Shown piece after piece: positions 18,038 to 31,671 of a DNA stretch of 40,986 bases; position 1 is the stretch's first letter; each line of letters starts with the position of its first letter. The notes beneath the pieces are model-generated. The model did not search any database. It was not told the DNA's origin and worked only from the letters and a program-made list of their open reading frames with translations. The stretch is from assembly GCA_001275005.1 (NCBI GenBank), contig JWZX01003091.1, forward strand, positions 1 to 40,986. Direction: 5' to 3'. A program made the position numbers and the translations under genes. The stretch comes from Chrysochromulina tobinii (taxonomy: Eukaryota).

Positions 18038-20384
18038 ATGCAGGCCACGAGAAGAGAATACTGGCGCATGAACGGCGGCGCTCCCGCCGTGCGCCGCTAC
18101 GGCGTGGGCAACGTGACCGCGCGGTGCGGCGACGGCTGCCTCGACCGGCTCGTCGTGGCCGTGCGGAAAGGCAGGATTTTTCCACTGCCCGTTCGTGAGA
18201 GCATGATGGCGCTCACCGGGGCGGGCCCATCGCCGCCGTCCTCACCGACGACGCCAGTGCTGCTGCTGGGGATTTTGAGCGGCAGCTCACCCCGCCGCGA
18301 GGTGCTGCGCTGCACGTGGATGCGCGTGCCCGTGTTCGCACGCGACGTGCGCGTGCTCTTCATCGTCGGCAAGGCGAATGCCGAAAAGTCGCCGGACGTG
18401 CTGCCAGTCGACGTGGTCGAGGGCGCGTTCATGCGCAGCAAGCACGACGCGGCGACGAACACGACGCGCACCTTTGACGTCAAGAAGGTCATCCGCACCG
18501 GTTCGGTCACGACGTACTGGAAGTTGGTCGCCTGGCTCCAGTACGCGTCGACGCAGCCCGAGCCGATGATCGGCCGCGCCGATGATGACGTCTTCATCTC
18601 GCCTCGCATGCTCGTGGCGCACACGCGGCTGCTGCTCGAACACGCGAGCCACCCGCGCTCCCCACTGCTCTTCGCGGGCGTCTTCGAGTGGTATTCCTAG
18701 CGCACCCGAACGCTCATGTCGACCGCTGATGACCGCTGATGACCTCTGATGACCCCTAATTGCCTTCCTCATCAGGTATTCCTGGCGTACCCGAACGCTC
18801 ATGTCGACCGGCTTTGGGCTCTCGGCAGGTGAGTGCGCCTGATGACGCCTGATGACGCCTGATGACGCCTGATAACGCCTAATGGTGTCTGATGGCGCCT
18901 AATTGTGTCTGATTGCACTCTTTGGCCTCTCGGCAGGCGCCTCACGCACGCGCCGCAAAAAGGGCTGGCGCAACTGCTCCGCGACGGGCGCGCACACCAA
19001 CCCGCTCGACCCGTGTACTGGGCCTGTCGCCTTTGCCAAAGGTCCGCTGATGCTGATGAGCACCGCGGCGGCGCGCGCCGTCGTGGGCAGCCCGCTCTTC
19101 GCGCGCGACGTGGCACAGGCCAGGGCCCTGAGCGAGGGGAAGGCGAGGGCGTATGAGGGGCCGGGATCGGGCCGCATCGACGACGACGTGCAGCTCGGGT
19201 ATTGGATGTCGCAGGTGAGTGCCACTGATTGCCACTGATTGCCACTGATTGGCTCGGGCCGCCGCGACGACGACGTGCAGCCGGGGTATTTGATGTCGCA
19301 GGTGTGATGGCCTCTCATTCGGCCTTTTTGATGGCCTCTTGATGGCCTCTGATTGAATGCCGCACGTGCAATAGCCGTCTCTGACGAAACTCTTGATGAC
19401 TTTGGATTCCGTGTGGTGCGTGGCATTTCACACCGCGTGGCATTTCGCAGCTGCCCAATCTCACCGTGGTGACCTTCCGGCGGTACCTCGCGTGGCACGA
19501 TCGATGGAAGGCGGGCGTCACGGACATGCTCCCGAGGTTGCTCCTCGCTCATAAGGTGCAATCAGATTCAATGACCACTGATCACCACTGAGGACCGCTG
19601 ATGACCACTGAGGACCGCTGATGACCACTGAGGACCGCTGATGACCACTGATGACTACTGATGACCACTGACATGCTCCCGCGGCTGGTCCACGCTTGCC
19701 CAACTTGCTCAACAAGACGACCTCTGATGACCTCTGATGACCTCTGATGACCCCTAATCTCCTTCCTCATCACCTGATGACCCCTAATTGCCTTCCTCAT
19801 CACCTGATGACCCCTAATCTCCTTCCTCATTACCTGATGACCCCTAATTGCCTTCCTCATCAGGTGCCTTGGTCACGCTTCTCCGACTTGCTCAACAAGA
19901 CGGAGGCGCTGTGGCGGGCGTCGCCGCGCGCTCTCACGCGGCTGATGTGTGAAGGACCGCCCTGCGCGGATTGCGCACACGTACGCTGATGACCACTGAT
20001 GACCACTGATCGCATCTGATAGCCTCTTATGGCCTCTAATGACCTCTGAGCGCCTCTGAGTGCCTCTGAGGGCCTCTGAGGGCCTCTGATGACCACTGAT
20101 GACCACTCATCACATCTGATGACCTCTGATTGACTCTGATTGCCTCTGGTTGCCTCCGAATGCCTCGGAGTGCCGTTTGAGTGCCATCTGATTGCTTCCC
20201 TCATCAGGTCCAAGACCAGAGTGGCTGCGTCATCGATGTAGAACTTGAAGTCCCCACCGCCGTCGCCAACAGCTCCTCCACCTGCTTCCCAAAATGCCGA
20301 TTCACAAAGGCCGTGCCACCCGCTGTCCCCGAGCACTGCTGGAACCGCTCATACGGCTCGCCCGTTGGCGAGTGGCGCCGGTGA
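18038..20384 (+). CDS. GT31-like (beta-1,3-galactosyltransferase family) glycosyltransferase. Exons ~18038-18690, 18776-18828, 18937-19214, 19451-19555, 19864-19980, 20208-20384.
   Basis: Motifs LLGILSGSSPRREVLRCTW, VLFIVG, RADDDVF (DxD), FAKGPLMLMS and DDVQLGYW; five GT-AG introns give a continuous frame. The start codon and the exact 3' end are uncertain. Confidence 0.8.
18746..18775 (+). mobile_element. Candidate intron-forming cassette A: CTGATGACCCCTAATTGCCTTCCTCATCAG (7-bp terminal inverted repeats, branch point inside, ends at the 3' splice site)
   Basis: The same 30-mer ends introns at 19834-19863 (identical) and 22001-22030 (1 mismatch). Here the intron opens with a 35-nt copy of the downstream exon. 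Confidence 0.55.
19744..19863 (+). repeat. Four tandem copies of the 30-nt cassette A; only the last retains the AG
   Basis: Units start at 19744, 19774, 19804 and 19834 and end in CAC, CAC, TAC and CAG. Confidence 0.9.
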
Positions 20385-20756
20385 GTGAACGCCGTGGTGA
20401 GCGCCGTGGCGAGCGCCGTGGTGAGCGCGTGCAGCGGCGCGCGGACTGCGGCGCAATGCGATGGATTTCAAGTTGAGATTCGCGCGTGCTTTGCCTTTGG
20501 GCGACGGACCGAGGTGAAGAAGCGCTTTGGCTCGCTCACCGGGGGTCTCTTTAAACTCAGCAGCAGTAAGCAAACATCTAGTTCAAGCGCCTGTGCGCTG
20601 TGGGAGTCGGACTGCCCCCGTCACTGTGCTCAGAAGAAGGTTGTGTGAACGTGATCGAGAGACTTAACAGCCCATTCACACCTGTTCCAAAGGGTGGGCG
20701 TCGGCTTTCGGACGTCTTGCCGGCCGCGTGCGTGCCGCGGCTCGCGGCCTTGAAGT

Positions 20757-23700
20757 ATGGCCGACGGCAGCAACTTCACGATCAGCCATGTGTCTCCGGT
20801 TGGCAGCAGCACGTTTGGCGAGACAACGATCACGCTGCGCGGCAGCGGCCTGTCGCAGCTCCGCCAGGCCATCTTCCGGCCGCGCTTCATGTCATTGTTG
20901 GTCGAGGTACGCAGCGACGCCGAGGTGACCGTCCAGATGAATTGCCGCCTGCTGCAGGCAGGTTTGCACACCCTCAACTTCCAGATCATCGGCCGCACGA
21001 CCGAGTACTCGGGCTCCGGTGGCACCGGGCTCCGCCTCGTGTGCTTCAACGAGCCCCGCTTCGACGGCCTGCGGCCGGTGCTCGGCCCGTCGCACCCTGG
21101 CATGCTGATCACGCTCACTTCGACGCTGACCGTGTGTGCGCGACCCGAGGCCGAGCAGCACCTCTGCGTGCCTCCGGCGCTCGACATCATGGACCGCATG
21201 AATCTTCTCGCCAGCTCGACGGTGATCTCGTGGGCTCGCACAAGGGACGTGGCGCGCTGCAGGTACGTGTGCGACTTCCTTCTGGGGTGCAACGACCGGC
21301 CGATCGACGTGACCGGCCCCGTCGGCAACGTGACGCGCGATCGCGTCCAGTGCTTTCTGCCTCCAGAGATCCACGGCCATACCGGCCGTGTGGAAATACA
21401 GCTCACCCTTGAAGGCACCCACTTCACGCGCCCGGACAACCAGGTGATGAGCTTTGATGACCCCTGATGGCTACTAATTACCACCGATGGCCACTTCACG
21501 CGCCCGGACAACAGGGCCGTAACCGCGTGCGGCCCCGCATCCATTACTGATGACTACTAATTACCACTCATTACCCTTGATGACCCTTGATGACAACAGG
21601 GCCGTAACCGCGTGCGGCCCCGCATCCATTACTTCTTCTACCGGCAGCGCATGTTCACGCGGGTGCCTGCGGGCGGACCGATCACCGGTGGCACGCGCAT
21701 CGTCATCACGGGGGAGGGCATCAATGGCGCGGCGGCCACGTATGACGAGATCAACGCGATGCTCGTCGCCGAGAATCTTCTCGGATCGACCATTCGTCGC
21801 TGGTACGAGATTGAGATTGAGATTGAGATGGAGGTTCAGATTCAGAGTCAGTGTCAGATTCAGATTCAGAGCTGCTCGGTTCGACCGTTCGTCGCTGGTA
21901 CGAGGAGCAGCGCGGAGATCCTATCTGGCAGGGACGACCTCTGATGACCTCTGATGACCTCTGATGACCACTGATGACCGCTGATGACCGCTGATGACCG
22001 CTGATGGCCCCTAATTGCCTTCCTCATCAGGTATGACGAGTCTGCCTCGTATATGGCGGGGACGACCCTGACGCAAGGCTTGCCGCCCGTCGGATACATG
22101 CACTCGACGCCGCAGTTTGTGCAGCGTAGCATCATGGATAACGCTCGCTGCTCGTTTGGACCCTACGGCGTCGTGCGTGTCGAGAGCCAGACGTACCAGG
22201 GGCTGTGCTTCGTCTCTGGCATCTCACAGGTGAGATCGAGATTGAGATCGAGATTGAGATCGAGATTGCTGCGATGGAGGGCCTCTGATGGCTCTGATGA
22301 CGACGGAGTGTGAATGGCACGATGACGAAGTGTGAACGGCACGACGCGCAGGGCTCAGCTGCAGCGAGGACACCACCATCGCGTGATTGCTTCTCCTAAT
22401 TGCCCCCTAATGAATGGCCTCTCCTAATCGCCCCCTAATGAATTGCCTCTCCTAATTGCTCCCTAATGAAACAGGGTCTGAGCTGCATCGAGAACTCCAC
22501 CATCACCTGCGTGGCACCAGCGGCGATGGGCAACGGCTCGTCGGTCATCATCGGCGTCTCCACCAATGGGCTTGACGCGGTGAGTACCATCTGATGACCA
22601 GCTGATGACCTCGGCTGCCTCCCTAATTGCCTCCCTCATGGCCTCCCTCATGGCCTCCCTAATGTAGCCTCTCCTCTAATTGCCTCCCTAATCGCCTCCC
22701 TAATCGCCTCCCTAATTGCCTCCCTAATTGCCTCCCTAACTGCCTCCCTAACTGCCTCCCTAATTAGGTGAGCGGCGCTCACTTCGTGCCCGTCGACCAA
22801 CCGTTCTCGTACTACCCCGTGCCCATCGTCAGCACGGTGCTCGCCGCCTCTGATGGCCTCAGATTGCCTCCCATTGCCTCTGATCGCCTCGAATGGCCTC
22901 TTCACGCCTCTGATTGCCTCTGATTGCCTCTGATTGCCTCTGATTGCCTCAAATCGCCCTAATGACCTCTTACTGCCTCTGATTGCCTCTAATTACCTCA
23001 GCTCATCCCGCCGGGAGGTCCAATCTCCGGCGGCACCGCTCTCACCATACGTGGCATGGGCTTTGGAGGCGGCTCCGCCGACCCTCAGAACCGACGATCG
23101 CTGTTCCGGTGAGGACCACTGAGGACCACTGAGGACCACTGATGACCACTGATGGCCTTTGATTGCACTCACCTCGTCCCTCATCGACCAGGTGGATCTT
23201 CACCACTGATGACCACCGACGACCTCTGATTACCTCTGATGGCCTCTGATTACACTCACCTCGTCCCTCATCGACCAGGTGCATCTTCACCACGCGCGCC
23301 GTGCCGGGCGATCCGAACAGCGCCCGCGTCGTACTGAGCACCGGCGTGGTCGATCGCGTGGACGCGGATGGCCGAGAGGCCGTCTGCAACACCACAGAGC
23401 ATGTGAACACCGACGGCGCGCCCTTACCGGCAGACCGCGCGCTCTCAATCAGCCTGAACGCGCAGCAGTATGCAGATCTAAGCATCTACCGGTAATGAGC
23501 CTTGATCGAGGCTTGACCACCTGTGATTGCGCCTAATGACCTCCGATGGCCCCCCTCATCAGGTACTATGGCCGTCCGCACATCCGTCGCATTCTCCCCA
23601 CAGGAGGCCCGACGCTCCCCGCGTACACCATTACGATTCGCGGCGTGGGCTTCGGAGGCATGGACGGCACGAGCATGCCCTACGTGCCGCTCTGTCGCGT

Positions 23701-26700
23701 CGGGCAGGTGATGACCGCTGATGACCGCTGATGACCACTGATGACCTCTGATGACCTCTGATGACCACCAGACGCACCGCTCTGTCGCATTGGGCATCGC
23801 GTGGGCACAATCCTCTCTGATTGCCTCTACTAATTGCCTCTCATCCTCTCTGAGTGCCTCTACTTATTGCCTCTCATCCTCCCTGATTGCCTCTCATTGC
23901 AGCGCGCGGGCACCATCATCTCGATGAGCTCGAGACTCGAAGATGCTGAGAGCAGCGGTAGCAATGCGCCCGTTGGTGCCGAAGGGACAGGCAGTAGCGC
24001 CGCCGCACCGCCGCCGCCGCAGGAGGTGGTTACGGATGCGGTGTGCGTCGTACCCGAGCCTCAAGGTGCGTCTGATGCCCTCTGATTGCACCTTTGATTG
24101 CCTCTAATTGCCTCTAATTGCCCCTAATTGCCTCTGACTGCCTCTAATTGCCTCTCCATCAGGTGGACTGCCTGGCCCCGCTCTCGTGCGCCTTGCACTC
24201 AACTACTTGCCTCTGATAGCCTCTAATTGCCTCTCCATCAGGTGGACTGCCTGGCCCCGCTCTCGTGCGCCTTGCACTCAACGGCGTCAACTTCGATGAC
24301 GGCACCCCCGACCCGGCCGCCTACATGGCCCAATATGGAGTGCCGCCGGTGCCACAGTCCTACCGGTATTACCGGCAGCTGCTGCACGACCTTCTACCCG
24401 TCGGCGGCCCGACGAGTGGCGGGACGACCGTGAACGTGCGTGGCGAGGGCTTCTCCAATTGGCGAGTGTGCATGCAAGCGCTCACCACGGCGTCCCTCTC
24501 CCCACAGGTGCGCGGCGAGGGCTTCCTAGGGTTTGATGGGCTGCCCAGCACGGCGCGCTGCAAGTTTGAGATCGTGGGCGTCGTGATGATCGGTCGTGTC
24601 ACGGAGATCCGTTCAGATACAGAGCTCGCGTGCTTCGTGCCCGCCCAGGTGAGCGCCGCTGATTGCCACCGATTGCCTCTGATTGGAACTGATCGCCACT
24701 GATTGCCTCAATCATGACCTCGCTGATAAGCGACAATTGCATGCGCCGCTCTCCGACCAATTGCATGCGCTGCTCTCCTACCATTGCATGCGCCGCTCCC
24801 CGATCAGGCATTCGATGGAAGAACCTCCCTCAAGGTCTCTCTGAACGGCTTGCATTTTGTGGGTGTGTCGGCTGCAGCCGCCGCCTCCGCTGGGGCTAGC
24901 CCCGCCCCCACCGCTTCCACCGCCTCCACCGCCTCCACCGCCTCCGCCGCCTCCTCCGCCGCCTCCGCCCCCTCCGCTGCCTCCGGTCGCCGCCTCACGA
25001 GTTCAGTTGGTGACGGCGGCGGCAGTACCTCAAGCAGCAGCAGCAGCAGCAGCAGCCCATACATTCTCAGCAGCAGCACGGCCCTGGTCGCAGAGGCAGC
25101 GCTCCCCCAACCTGCCAACTACGACGGAGGCACTGTGGGGCTTTCCTATTGGTACTACCGCGAACCCGAACTGTACGCTGATGACGCCTGATGACGTCTG
25201 ATGACGTCTGATGACACCTGATGACCCTCCCTCATTGCATGCTGACCTCCCTCTCTCATTGCATGCTGATGACCCTCCCTCATTGCATGCTGGTTACCCT
25301 CCCCTGATTGCATGCTGATGACCCTACCTCATTGCATGCAGGTACACCGTCACCCCCCTCTCGGGCCCCACCGTCGGCTCCGGAGCTACCGGTATGAGTC
25401 ACGCGGTCTTCACAGTCACACTCTCGGGCCGTGGCTTCGATCGACTCGCCGCCGCCGGTGCGCATGACGTGGCCCAGCTGCCGCCCCGCCCGCATGCATG
25501 CGCTCACGACGGCGCCGACGCTTCCCCACACCCCACAGGTGCGCGTGACGTGGCCAAGTGCCGCTTCGGCGGCGTGGCGTCTCCAGCGGTGGCGGTGGGC
25601 CCCACGTATGCGGTGTGCCTCTTGCCGCCCGGTCGGCAGGGGAGCGCTCTTGTGGAATTCTCCGTCAATGGGCAGGTGGGTGACGAAACCTCATTGAGTG
25701 ACGAAACCTCATGGAGTGACGAAACCTTACCGAGTGATGAAACCTGATCGAGTGACGAAACCTCATGGAGTGACGAAACCTCATGCGCCCGCAGACCCAT
25801 GATGATCCCTGATGGCCTCTGATGACCGCTGATGACCCCTGCCATCAGGACTTCTACTCTCAGCGAGAGCTTCTCTTCTTCGACGGTTCGAACTTGACGA
25901 ACGCGACGGAGGCTTACCTGCCGCCCGTCATCACTTGCCTCCTGAGCGCCTCCGACCTCACCGAACAGCTCAAGCAGGTCATCTCAGCGGCGCTCGGGCT
26001 GACCTTTTCTGCCGGAGACCAACTGACGGATGCCCTGCTCGAAGCGATGCGCGCCGCCCTGGGCGCGCCGGCGACCATGGCCGATGACGAGGTGCGCAGG
26101 CTTGTGGCCCTCCCGCACGCGTGCATGCAAGCGCTCGCGACGGCGCGCGCGCGCCCAGCGTCGACGAGGTGCGCAGGCTTGTGGGCCTCGCGCATGCATG
26201 CGTGCATGCATGAGCTCGCGACGGCGCCCAGCGCATGCATGCGCTCATGACTGCGCTCCCGCGCATGCATGCGCTCACCACGGCGCCTCACCCTTCCCCA
26301 CAGGTGCGCGAGCTCTTGATCTCGCGCGGCGTGCTCGAGTGCAGCTCGAGGACGACGCGCGTGCTCACGACCAGGACGACGCGCGATGAGCTCTTCTTGG
26401 AGGTGCGCGCGGCCCTGATGAGCCCTGATGAGCCCTGATGAGCCCTGATGAGCCCTGATGAGGTGATCGCCGCTAAGTACCGCTGAGTACCCCCCTCATT
26501 GAGTACCCCCCTCATCACACGTCGCAGGCGCTGGTGCCCTTCCCGACGCACGTGCCCAACATGACGCTCGAGCCCATGCCCACGTGGGACCTTCCCGAGG
26601 GCGACGGTTTCGTCCTCCTCGCTTCCACAGCGATCGGGCCCTACCGGCCGAGGCTGCGCGCCGTGTTGAGCGCCAATCGGACCACGTCGCTGCGGGCGGT

Positions 26701-26895
26701 CTTCAACGGCAGCTACTTCTACTTCCGCTACTATGAGCAGGTGCTCGCCTCTAATGACTTCTGATGACCTCGAATGACCTCTGATGACCTCTAATTACCT
26801 CTACTTCCGCTACTATGCGCAGGTGCTGCATACGCTCTGGCCGCGCGCCGGTCAGGCACTGCGCGGCGATGAGCCGTGCTGCACCCCAAGCACAC

Positions 26896-26926
<31 letters not shown>

Positions 26927-29900
26927 TGCTGCTGCCGAGGCCCGCGCCGTCCCGGGCACCGCCTCGGAGGCGGCGAACGCGAGCGTGGCGGTGACCGGCT
27001 TCGGCTTCGACGTCTTCGGCGCGTCGACGCTCGCGACGGCGCGTTGCAAGTTCGGCACCGTCATCACCCAAGTGATCTCGATCGAGCTGAGCGGCATCGC
27101 GCTGCCCCGAGCGCCGCCCGCGCCGCCCCGAGCGCCCGAGCCCCCTCCCTCCTCGGCTGATGTAGGCGCCTCATCAGCGGGTTCGTCAACGGCGGCACCT
27201 ACCGGTATGAGCAATGCATGCATGCATCGACAAGGCGCGCTCTCGGCGCGCTCATTCCCCCTACCCTACCCCGAACCCTAATTAGGTACGAGCATGCATG
27301 CATTTGGCACTCTCGACGTCTTCCTACCGGTCACGAGCGGAGAAGGCAGCAACAGTGCTACCGGCAGCAGCAGTGCCGACAGCAGCGGCGGCGGAGGCGG
27401 CGGAGGCGGCGGAGGCGGCGGAGGCGATGGAGGCGTTGCGAGCTGGGGTGGGAGCGGCGCGGGGACGCTTGTACGCTGCATTGCTCCAGATTTCGATCTC
27501 GTCGCTCCAGATGTCGATCTCGTGGGCGTGGGTGGCACGGCGGAGGTTGAGGTGACCTTTGCCGTCTCGGAGTGACCTCTGAGTGCCTTCTGAATGCCCT
27601 TTGAGTGCCCTCTGAGTGACCTTCGACCTCAATAACGAGCACTTCCTCTCCCGTGCATGCATGTGCTCACTACGGCGCCCATCCTTCCGCACAGGTCACC
27701 GTCGCCCTCAACGGCGAGCACTTCCTCTCCGCCCGTCCCCCCGCCATCTACCGGTACTACCAGCAGTCCGTCCTCTCCATCTTCCCCACAGGAGGGCCGG
27801 TAGGGGGCGGCACGCTCGTCACCGTCCGGGGGTACGGGCTCGTCAACGAACCTCTCTGCTGACGTGCATGCATGCCTTTGACGGCCACTAATTGCGTGCC
27901 TCATTAGGTACGGGTTCGTCAACGGCGCCGATGGCGGCGCGGGCCTACGTTGCCGTTTCGACGACCAGCGCGTGCGTGTCCAGCTCCAACCGGTCAATCG
28001 CACAGGAAGCAGCCGCAGCAGCAGCAATAGGAACAGCAGCACGGGCAGCAGCAGCGGCAGCGGCAGCGGCAGCGGTGATAGTAGCGGCAGTGATGGCAGC
28101 GGGTTTCGTCACGAGTACGAGGTGCATTGCTTCGCGCCGCCGCGGCAGACGTTCGCCCCCGGGGTCTCTGACTTCAGCCTCGCCCTCAACGCCCACCACT
28201 ACCTCAGACCACTTAGTGGGAGTGGCTTCACGTACGTTGCCTAGCTCGAGACCTCTCTGAGGACCTCTGATTCTCTGAGGACCTCTGATTGCATCTGATT
28301 GCATCAGCTTGCATCCGATGGCCTCTGATGGCCACTAATTGCGTACGAATTGCGTGCCTCATTAGGTACTACGAGGACCCTCACGTCTTCGGCATCTTGC
28401 CCACCGGAGGCCCCATGCGTGGCGGCACGCTCGTCACGGTGATTATGCTCTGAGTGCACGCTCTGATTGCATCCCTCATCACTGCTTTTCGTCACGGTGA
28501 TTATGCACGGAGTGCACGCTCTGATTGCATCCCTCATCACTGCTTCTCCTCACGGTGATTATGCACGGAGTGCACGCTCTGATTGGCTACTCGGGCACGG
28601 CTTCCACAGGCCCCTTGATTGCCCTTCTCATCATCCCATCAACTCTGAGTGCCCATGGTTGCCTAATATGGCAGGTGCTCGGTCGCGGCTTCCATGGCCT
28701 CGGCGCCGACGTGAGCGTCGCGCGTTGCCTCTTCGGAGAGTTGACCTCCTACGGTCGGGTGATCTCGATCTCGCCAGATGGCACCTCGCTCACATGCCTC
28801 TCGCCCACCCCGTCGCCCTTGGAGTTGGGATGCGTCATGCCGCCGCCGCCCTTCCCGCCGCCACCGCCGCCCTCGGCGCCGCCGCCCTCACTGCCCCCCT
28901 CGGCGCCGCCGTTGCCCCCCTCAATGCCACCCTACCCGCCGCCGATCAATATGACCAATACGACGCTCGGGCTTAATATGACCAACGCGACCAATACCAC
29001 GGTGTGTGCGCTGATCGCCGCTGATTGCCACCGAGAGCCGCTGATGACCACTGATTGCCACTGAGTGTGTGCGCTGATAGCCGCTGATTGCCACCGAGAG
29101 CCGCTGATGACCACTGATTGCCACTGAGTGTCCCTGGACGCTGCTTCTCATGGCCTCATATGACCTCTGATCGCATCGCTCATCAGGCCTTCAACATGAC
29201 GAACGCGACTAATTTCAGCGTCATCGAGATCATCACCGTTTCGGCGCCTCCACCGCCACTCCCTGTAACCGTCGAGGACGCCCATGCGCCCGCCCACTGC
29301 GCCGGCTCTCTCCTCACGCTGCGCATCGCGCTCGATGGTCAGGTGATTACATGATTGCAATTACCTGATTGCAATTACCTGATTGCAATTACCTGATGCA
29401 ATGACCTGACATGCGCTCGATGAACAGGTGACTGCAGCTGATGGCAACTGATTGCATGTGAGTGATGCTGATTGCTCTCCGCACGCTCCATCTTGCGCAA
29501 TCTCGCCCCATCTCGCCCCATCTCGCCCCATCTCGCTCGCCAGATTCGTACCAACTCGTACGGAGATCGCCTCCCGCCGCCGCTGAACGAGAGCACCCTC
29601 GACCTCTCTGACGAAATCGACGGAACCCTCGCCGCCAACGGCGCCAACGCCACCGACACGGCGCTCCTGCTGAACTTGACCAACGGGACGAATACTTCGT
29701 CACCCCCGCCCCCCGGCATGCCCCCCCCTTCCTCGCCTCCACCGCCGCCCTCGATCGACGCTCCGTGCTTCTTCGGCACCTGCCGCGAGTTCCTCTACTA
29801 TCGCGAGCCAGCACTCTCCTCAATCTCGCCCTCGGGAGGTCCCGTCCGGGGGGGGTTTGCCGTCACGGCGCTCGGCCGACGGTTGGATGGGATGCGCCTC

Positions 29901-31639
29901 AATGCCTCCATCGCGAGGTGCGTCCTCTGATGACCCCTGATGGACCCTTGATGGCCCCTTGGTCGCCCCCTTGATGACCTCCTTGATGACCTCTAATTGC
30001 CTGACGGTCACCCCTTGAGTGCAGATGACCCCCTTGATGACCCTTAATTGCCACATGGTGATCCCCTTGATGACCCTTAATTGCCTCATGGCCTCCCCCT
30101 TGAGTGCAGATGCGCCTTCGGTCGCCTTCATGTGCGCGTGAACTCGATCGCCCACGACGGCGCGCTCAACTGCACCACGCCGCCGCAGCCGATGGCGCAC
30201 GCGAGGTTCGCAATCTCGCTCAACGGGCGCGACTTCACACCCGCGCGCGGTGTGAACGCCCACGTCGGCGGCGTGAACGCGCGCGACCGCGAGTTCAACA
30301 GCGCGATCCGCGCCCACGACAGCGCGTCGCTCCGCTACCACGCGTACCGGCAGGCTGTTCACAGCGTCTGGCCGCTGGGCGCCCCCGCCTCCGGTCGAAC
30401 TGTGATCACGTTAAGCGGGGAGGGCTTCAGTTCCTTCGGCTCCGTGGGCGGCGCCGTCGTGGGCGGCGCCGTCGTGGGCGGCGCCGTCGTGGGCGGCGCC
30501 GTTGTGGGCGGCGCCGGCGAAGGGGGGGCGGCCGGCCTTGCCGCGTGCCGCTTCCTACCCGTCGACGCGCCGTCGCGGGCGTGCGAGGAGTATGACGAAG
30601 CTCGGCTTCGGCACAGCACGCTCGCACGGTGCCGCTCGAGGGCGGCGGTGGTCTTTCGGGCAGCTGCGGCGGCCTTGGCGGCGAGCGCGGGGGCTGTGGA
30701 AACGCCTGTGGGGTCGGCTGTGGAATCGGCTGTGGGGTCGAGGTACCGAGGGGGGATGGGCGGCGGCATGGGCGCCGACCTGAGCGGCGGTGGTTACGAC
30801 GAGACGGGCGCCGACCTGAGCGGCGGTAACGAGTCGGGCGCCGTCTCGGGCGCGGCGTCGGACCGGCTGGGCAGCGGTTACACCGATACGATCATCTGTC
30901 TGCTCACTACGGACAGTCTCCCACCTAATTTGGAAAGTCTCCCACAGAATGCGAGCGCCGTGCGCGTGCAGCTCGCCCTTAATGGAGAAGACTATCTCGA
31001 CCCGATCTCGCCGGTGCGCCTCTGATGGCCTCTGATGACCTCTGAGTGCCTCTGATGGCCTCTGAGAGCCTCTGATGGCCTCTGATGGCCTCTAATGGCC
31101 CCTGATGACCTCTGAGTGCCTCGGTGTGCCTCTGATGGCCTCTGATGGGGTCTGATCGCCTCTGAGTGCAGGTGCGGATCGCCATCTACCCAAGCCTCCA
31201 AGTCCATTCAGTCACGCCGCCCGCCGGCACGAGCCGCACGCTCCTCCTAGTGCAAGGCGTCGGCTTCTCCGGCCTGCCGCATGCAACCCCTCGGTGCATC
31301 TTCACCGCGGCGCGTGGGGACAAGTTTCGTCAGACGAGCGCCACGCGGCTGAGCGATACGCAGTTGCGATGCCACTCGCCGCGGGACGTGTACGGGCTCG
31401 TGCCGCCGTCGTGGGCGAATGGCACGAGCGACAGCCATGGCGCCGCCCACGACGGCGCGCACGCCCACGACGGCGCGTCAGCCCACGACGGCGCGTCAGC
31501 CCACGACGGCGTCGCTGGTGGCGGCGGAGACGGCGGTGGCGGCGGGCTGCTCTACGTACGGATTGGGGTTACCATCAACGGTGTTGACGAAACTCGAGCT
31601 ACCGGTGAGATCGCACCGACGCTGCCCTGGCAATTGCGC

Positions 31640-31671
<32 letters not shown>

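Noticed and set aside
18700..20210. Intronic C/D-box snoRNAs (UGAUGA and CUGA boxes)
   Set aside because: The boxes are by-products of the 10-nt satellite; there is no unique guide region between them
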